A stretch of 24,916 nt of DNA from Bacteroidota bacterium (GTDB lineage: Bacteria; Bacteroidota; Bacteroidia; Bacteroidales; JAHJDW01), in NCBI GenBank assembly GCA_018812245.1, contig JAHJDW010000132.1:1-24916 (forward strand), in the 5' to 3' direction. The notes below the pieces were generated by a model that was given only the letters and a program-made list of their open reading frames with translations, made no database searches and was not told where the DNA came from. Below, piece after piece: positions 23,101 to 24,916 of this stretch (positions within the stretch are counted from its first letter, which is position 1; every line of letters starts with the position of its first letter). The translations under genes and the position numbers were made by a program.

Positions 23101-24916
23101 AGGTCGTGAGCTAAACAAAGAGTCGGATGCTGCTTTTTACCTCGCCGACCAGAAAACAAGGCGGGCCGATGATTTGATGAAAAAGGCAAAAAATGCCGAA
23201 AATAATGGTGATGCCAAAGGTGCGGAGGAATATTCAAGTCAGGCAAAGCAAATGCTCTATGAAGCAAATGTGGCATATTCTCTGGCAAATAATCTCGAAG
23301 AACAGGCCGATGAATTGGACAACGACGCTACCTCAACGCAGAAGCTTGCAATCGAAATCAGAAACAATCTCAATGTTCAGGATGTTGATAAGGCAAAAGC
23401 AAAGTTCTCTGAACACAACGCGCTGCTTGCCAATCATTCGCAGGGATTTAAATCGGAAGTGAATTATTCAGTTACCCTTGATAAGGTTGCTTCAGAAAAG
23501 AAAAAGGAAGCTGATGCCAATGATAGGATTGCATCGGATTTGGAAAATGAAGCTGCTGATTTACAGGCCAAAGCAACCGATTTATATACTCAGGCCGAAG
23601 GCAAAAAAGGGAAGAAAAGGGATGAACTTACAGCTCAGGCAAGGAATGCCGAAAGCGAAGCTACTTCAAAGGAAGTACTGGCAAATGAATACAAGGAAAA
23701 AGCCGCACTATCAAGAGAAGAAGCCAATAGCCTGGCGAATAGCGGCATTGTTAATAATGTGAAAACAGAAATTAAAGGACTTTCTTCAAAAAGCAGTATT
23801 CCCCTTACCACTAGTACAGACACCGATGTTTCAAATCGCCTCGACGAAATGAATGCGTACTATGGTGATAAGAAAAATGAAGTTTCTCTGCCATCTGATC
23901 TTTCTGCGGCGAATTCCGGAAACCCTGTAACGCCGGTAAATACAGGCAATAACGGAAATAATACCTCTTATACTCCGGCAAATACTGTACCTGCAAAGTT
24001 TGTTGCTTCAGCAATCGACCCTAACAACGTCACTTTGGATAAGGAAGAATTGGATGAATCTGACGTTGATGATTTTGAAGTTGCTTACAACAGCAGCAGC
24101 CGGAATTTCATTGAAAACGAGAAATCGCTTGATGGTGTGAGGATTTATGACGCACAAAATAAGGATGTTGCTGTTGCATTGAAATATGAAAAACAAGCTG
24201 AGCAACTCACTGCAAAAGCTGATGAATATCGGAACCAATCAGCCAACGCCGGCGACCCTGCAAAAAAGAAAGAGTTGATGGCTAAGGCCGATAAACTGAA
24301 TGAAGAGGCCGTTGCCAGTCAGAAGGAGGCAATTGATGTTTATAAGAAAGTGCAAATGGATATTGCCATGAATAATCCAGGCGATAACCGTTTTGCCGCT
24401 GAAATTTCTGCAGCACGTCTCGAAGCTTCCGTAAATAAAGCAGAAGACAAAAAGAATAAGGCTGCACAGCTTCGCGGACAGGCAACTCAGACCGCCAGTC
24501 AGGCTGAAAAAGAAAAGCTGATGTCGGAGGCCATGAGTCTTGAATTATCGGCCAGAGATGAAGAAATTAACGCTTATGAGGAAATCGCTGCACCGAACCA
24601 GAGCGCATACAGCGGGAATAAAAATACGCTGAAGCAGGTTTACTATGATAATTCAAATGAGCAGCTTACGATTGCCCGCATGTTGTATGAAGAGTCACAG
24701 ATATACTTCAATAGAGCTCAGGAAACCCGCGCCAAAGCCGAAACTGAGGATACTTACACATCCAAAAAGGCTCTCTTGAAAGAAGCATCGGATAACGAAC
24801 TGATTGCGCTGAAAAAACAGCAGGAAGCATTGAATATTTTAAGAACAGTTCCGAATATTTCGAAGGATGATGCAGTTGCAATGAACACAAATCCGGGAAA
24901 CAATACTGTTCGGACA
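20135..24916 (+). CDS. Giant secreted protein, 3' truncated by the window: signal peptide, TPR-like region, PD40/TolB-like beta-propeller repeats, long degenerate coiled-coil repeat region
   Basis: Hand translation from ATG 20135 runs 1594 codons to the window end with no stop. It is absent from the supplied ORF track because no stop lies in the window. MQSVRIFLFVFLLGFGFQAVVAQ signal. TPR-like helices (YAAAYPLYSQLVSVYPKNPEYNYRFGVCIL...). PD40-type repeats (PYDEDFPYLTADGKTLYFCSRGHNSMGGFDIF, PYDDILFIPDAKERFAWFSSNR). Then at least 7 copies of a ~57-aa Ala/Lys/Glu-rich repeat and two Thr/Pro/Asn-rich linkers. Confidence 0.8.
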   Translation, partial: MQSVRIFLFVFLLGFGFQAVVAQDAFNNEGRMKTEADRLFLDQDYAAAYPLYSQLVSVYPKNPEYNYRFGVCILHADPETEKAIPFLEFAMENDPKVDKKVYFYMGRAYHLNYNFGQAISYYQQYLQQGKNKKEIESFQVNRRIEMCNNGKRLLSKVSDLYVLNKRDINQKWFFRSYEIDDEAGKILALSPEFSTSLDQKKADPNAVMFITPDKNQIFFGSYGKSGETGKDIYRVAKMSDGKWSPPINVGNVINTPYDEDFPYLTADGKTLYFCSRGHNSMGGFDIFRSNFNEKTQQWSTPENLDFAVNTPYDDILFIPDAKERFAWFSSNRSNNTQMISHFRVRIDKRPVPQDAIALNSGDDEEVAPEVIQKILQKAKLDVNADESQFANEAEIANSETDDYKTLDLTGNVTSEDVIKLAFDNAKAIQDDADLLNIKSTEAVELAGTKSTQAENKMKASRDKYNMASNTSDNSAKERAIKDAQILQYDADKLKQESAITYRIAKELSIKAKNVQKDADQAFDYARKLENALKTMSLEDATAWLEDQNLKMKASSGSDQIKPDDFQISEVDYNKKKEEASDNKVEAKILTDEARKWKAEAADLRIQAEGEKKDDKKQPLLAQANQLEKDAAENLKDAATYERKAEHSNHQADSILTELAVVNEFIKNMNTGSTDIGVSQDKINAANINALENESGNLTNKIRANESNISNFRVSPNVSTTAVRAAQLEDESKLYASQASGNLQKAKKETDDSKRKAYMIKSNELYAKAVEKQDEAIATYKEAQTETQGSNELASLVEELSLGVTAQKLAATDVNEIKSAAKTSENNYNEQKKEVDAVRIEDMSNKEALLASQLEDEASMYQDQADDFKIKANAEPNEQKKKAYLTKVDELLKKATRVEKEAVTRYNRAAASSTSPTATADNSTSGSKTNPVTDVNPSGTNPSGTNPDKDPKKYQEKSKGSLIVMTADEVPDPGDLVLIADENAERMKQKGRELNKESDAAFYLADQKTRRADDLMKKAKNAENNGDAKGAEEYSSQAKQMLYEANVAYSLANNLEEQADELDNDATSTQKLAIEIRNNLNVQDVDKAKAKFSEHNALLANHSQGFKSEVNYSVTLDKVASEKKKEADANDRIASDLENEAADLQAKATDLYTQAEGKKGKKRDELTAQARNAESEATSKEVLANEYKEKAALSREEANSLANSGIVNNVKTEIKGLSSKSSIPLTTSTDTDVSNRLDEMNAYYGDKKNEVSLPSDLSAANSGNPVTPVNTGNNGNNTSYTPANTVPAKFVASAIDPNNVTLDKEELDESDVDDFEVAYNSSSRNFIENEKSLDGVRIYDAQNKDVAVALKYEKQAEQLTAKADEYRNQSANAGDPAKKKELMAKADKLNEEAVASQKEAIDVYKKVQMDIAMNNPGDNRFAAEISAARLEASVNKAEDKKNKAAQLRGQATQTASQAEKEKLMSEAMSLELSARDEEINAYEEIAAPNQSAYSGNKNTLKQVYYDNSNEQLTIARMLYEESQIYFNRAQETRAKAETEDTYTSKKALLKEASDNELIALKKQQEALNILRTVPNISKDDAVAMNTNPGNNTVRT

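Noticed and set aside
20304-24890. Numerous short + and - strand ORFs (20304-20555, 21418-21633, 21794-22076, 22342-22611, 22910-23288, 23193-23762, 23635-24485, 24708-24890)
   Set aside because: All overlap the 20135-24916 giant ORF out of frame or antisense. The giant ORF has coherent domain architecture, so these are spurious.
1-24916. CRISPR arrays, rRNA genes, IS elements/transposases, integrases
   Set aside because: I looked for regularly spaced short direct repeats, rRNA-like conserved blocks and DDE transposase or tyrosine recombinase motifs in all listed ORFs. None found. The only periodic repeats are the 9-bp RTGAAC array (too short for CRISPR) and the protein-level repeats in the giant gene.

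Overview
This window looks like Bacteroidota-type DNA. Evidence: TAnnTTTG -7 promoter motifs, a two-component-regulator-propeller repeat protein, a TPR/PD40 outer-membrane-type protein and an NfeD-flotillin pair. It splits into two parts. Positions 1-8852 look accessory and appear more AT-rich by eye. This part ends at a minus-strand tRNA-Pro(GGG) whose 3' end faces it. It carries an XRE regulator + unknown protein + membrane Hanks-type Ser/Thr kinase operon. It also carries two + strand genes that share a conserved ~58-nt 5' leader, one of them a secreted MORN/YwqK-like repeat protein. The main candidate system is a tight four-gene + strand cluster at 5174-8233: a SIR2_2-like NADase-fold protein, a small zinc-ribbon protein, a cysteine-rich class I SAM methyltransferase and a DUF1848-like Fe-S-type protein. 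I could not match this combination to a described defence or modification system. Positions 9318-24916 look like core genome. They hold a biotin-dependent acyl-CoA carboxylase triad (carboxyltransferase, BCCP, biotin carboxylase), a SIMPL-like lipoprotein, a standalone HsdR_N (PD-(D/E)xK) protein, a propeller-repeat protein, flotillin + NfeD, PBP1C, and the first ~1594 codons of a giant secreted TPR-PD40-coiled-coil repeat protein. That giant ORF (20135 to window end) is absent from the supplied ORF track because it has no stop inside the window. The track also uses non-ATG starts (e.g. TTG at 5120), so several starts were re-evaluated. No CRISPR array, rRNA, transposase or integrase was seen.
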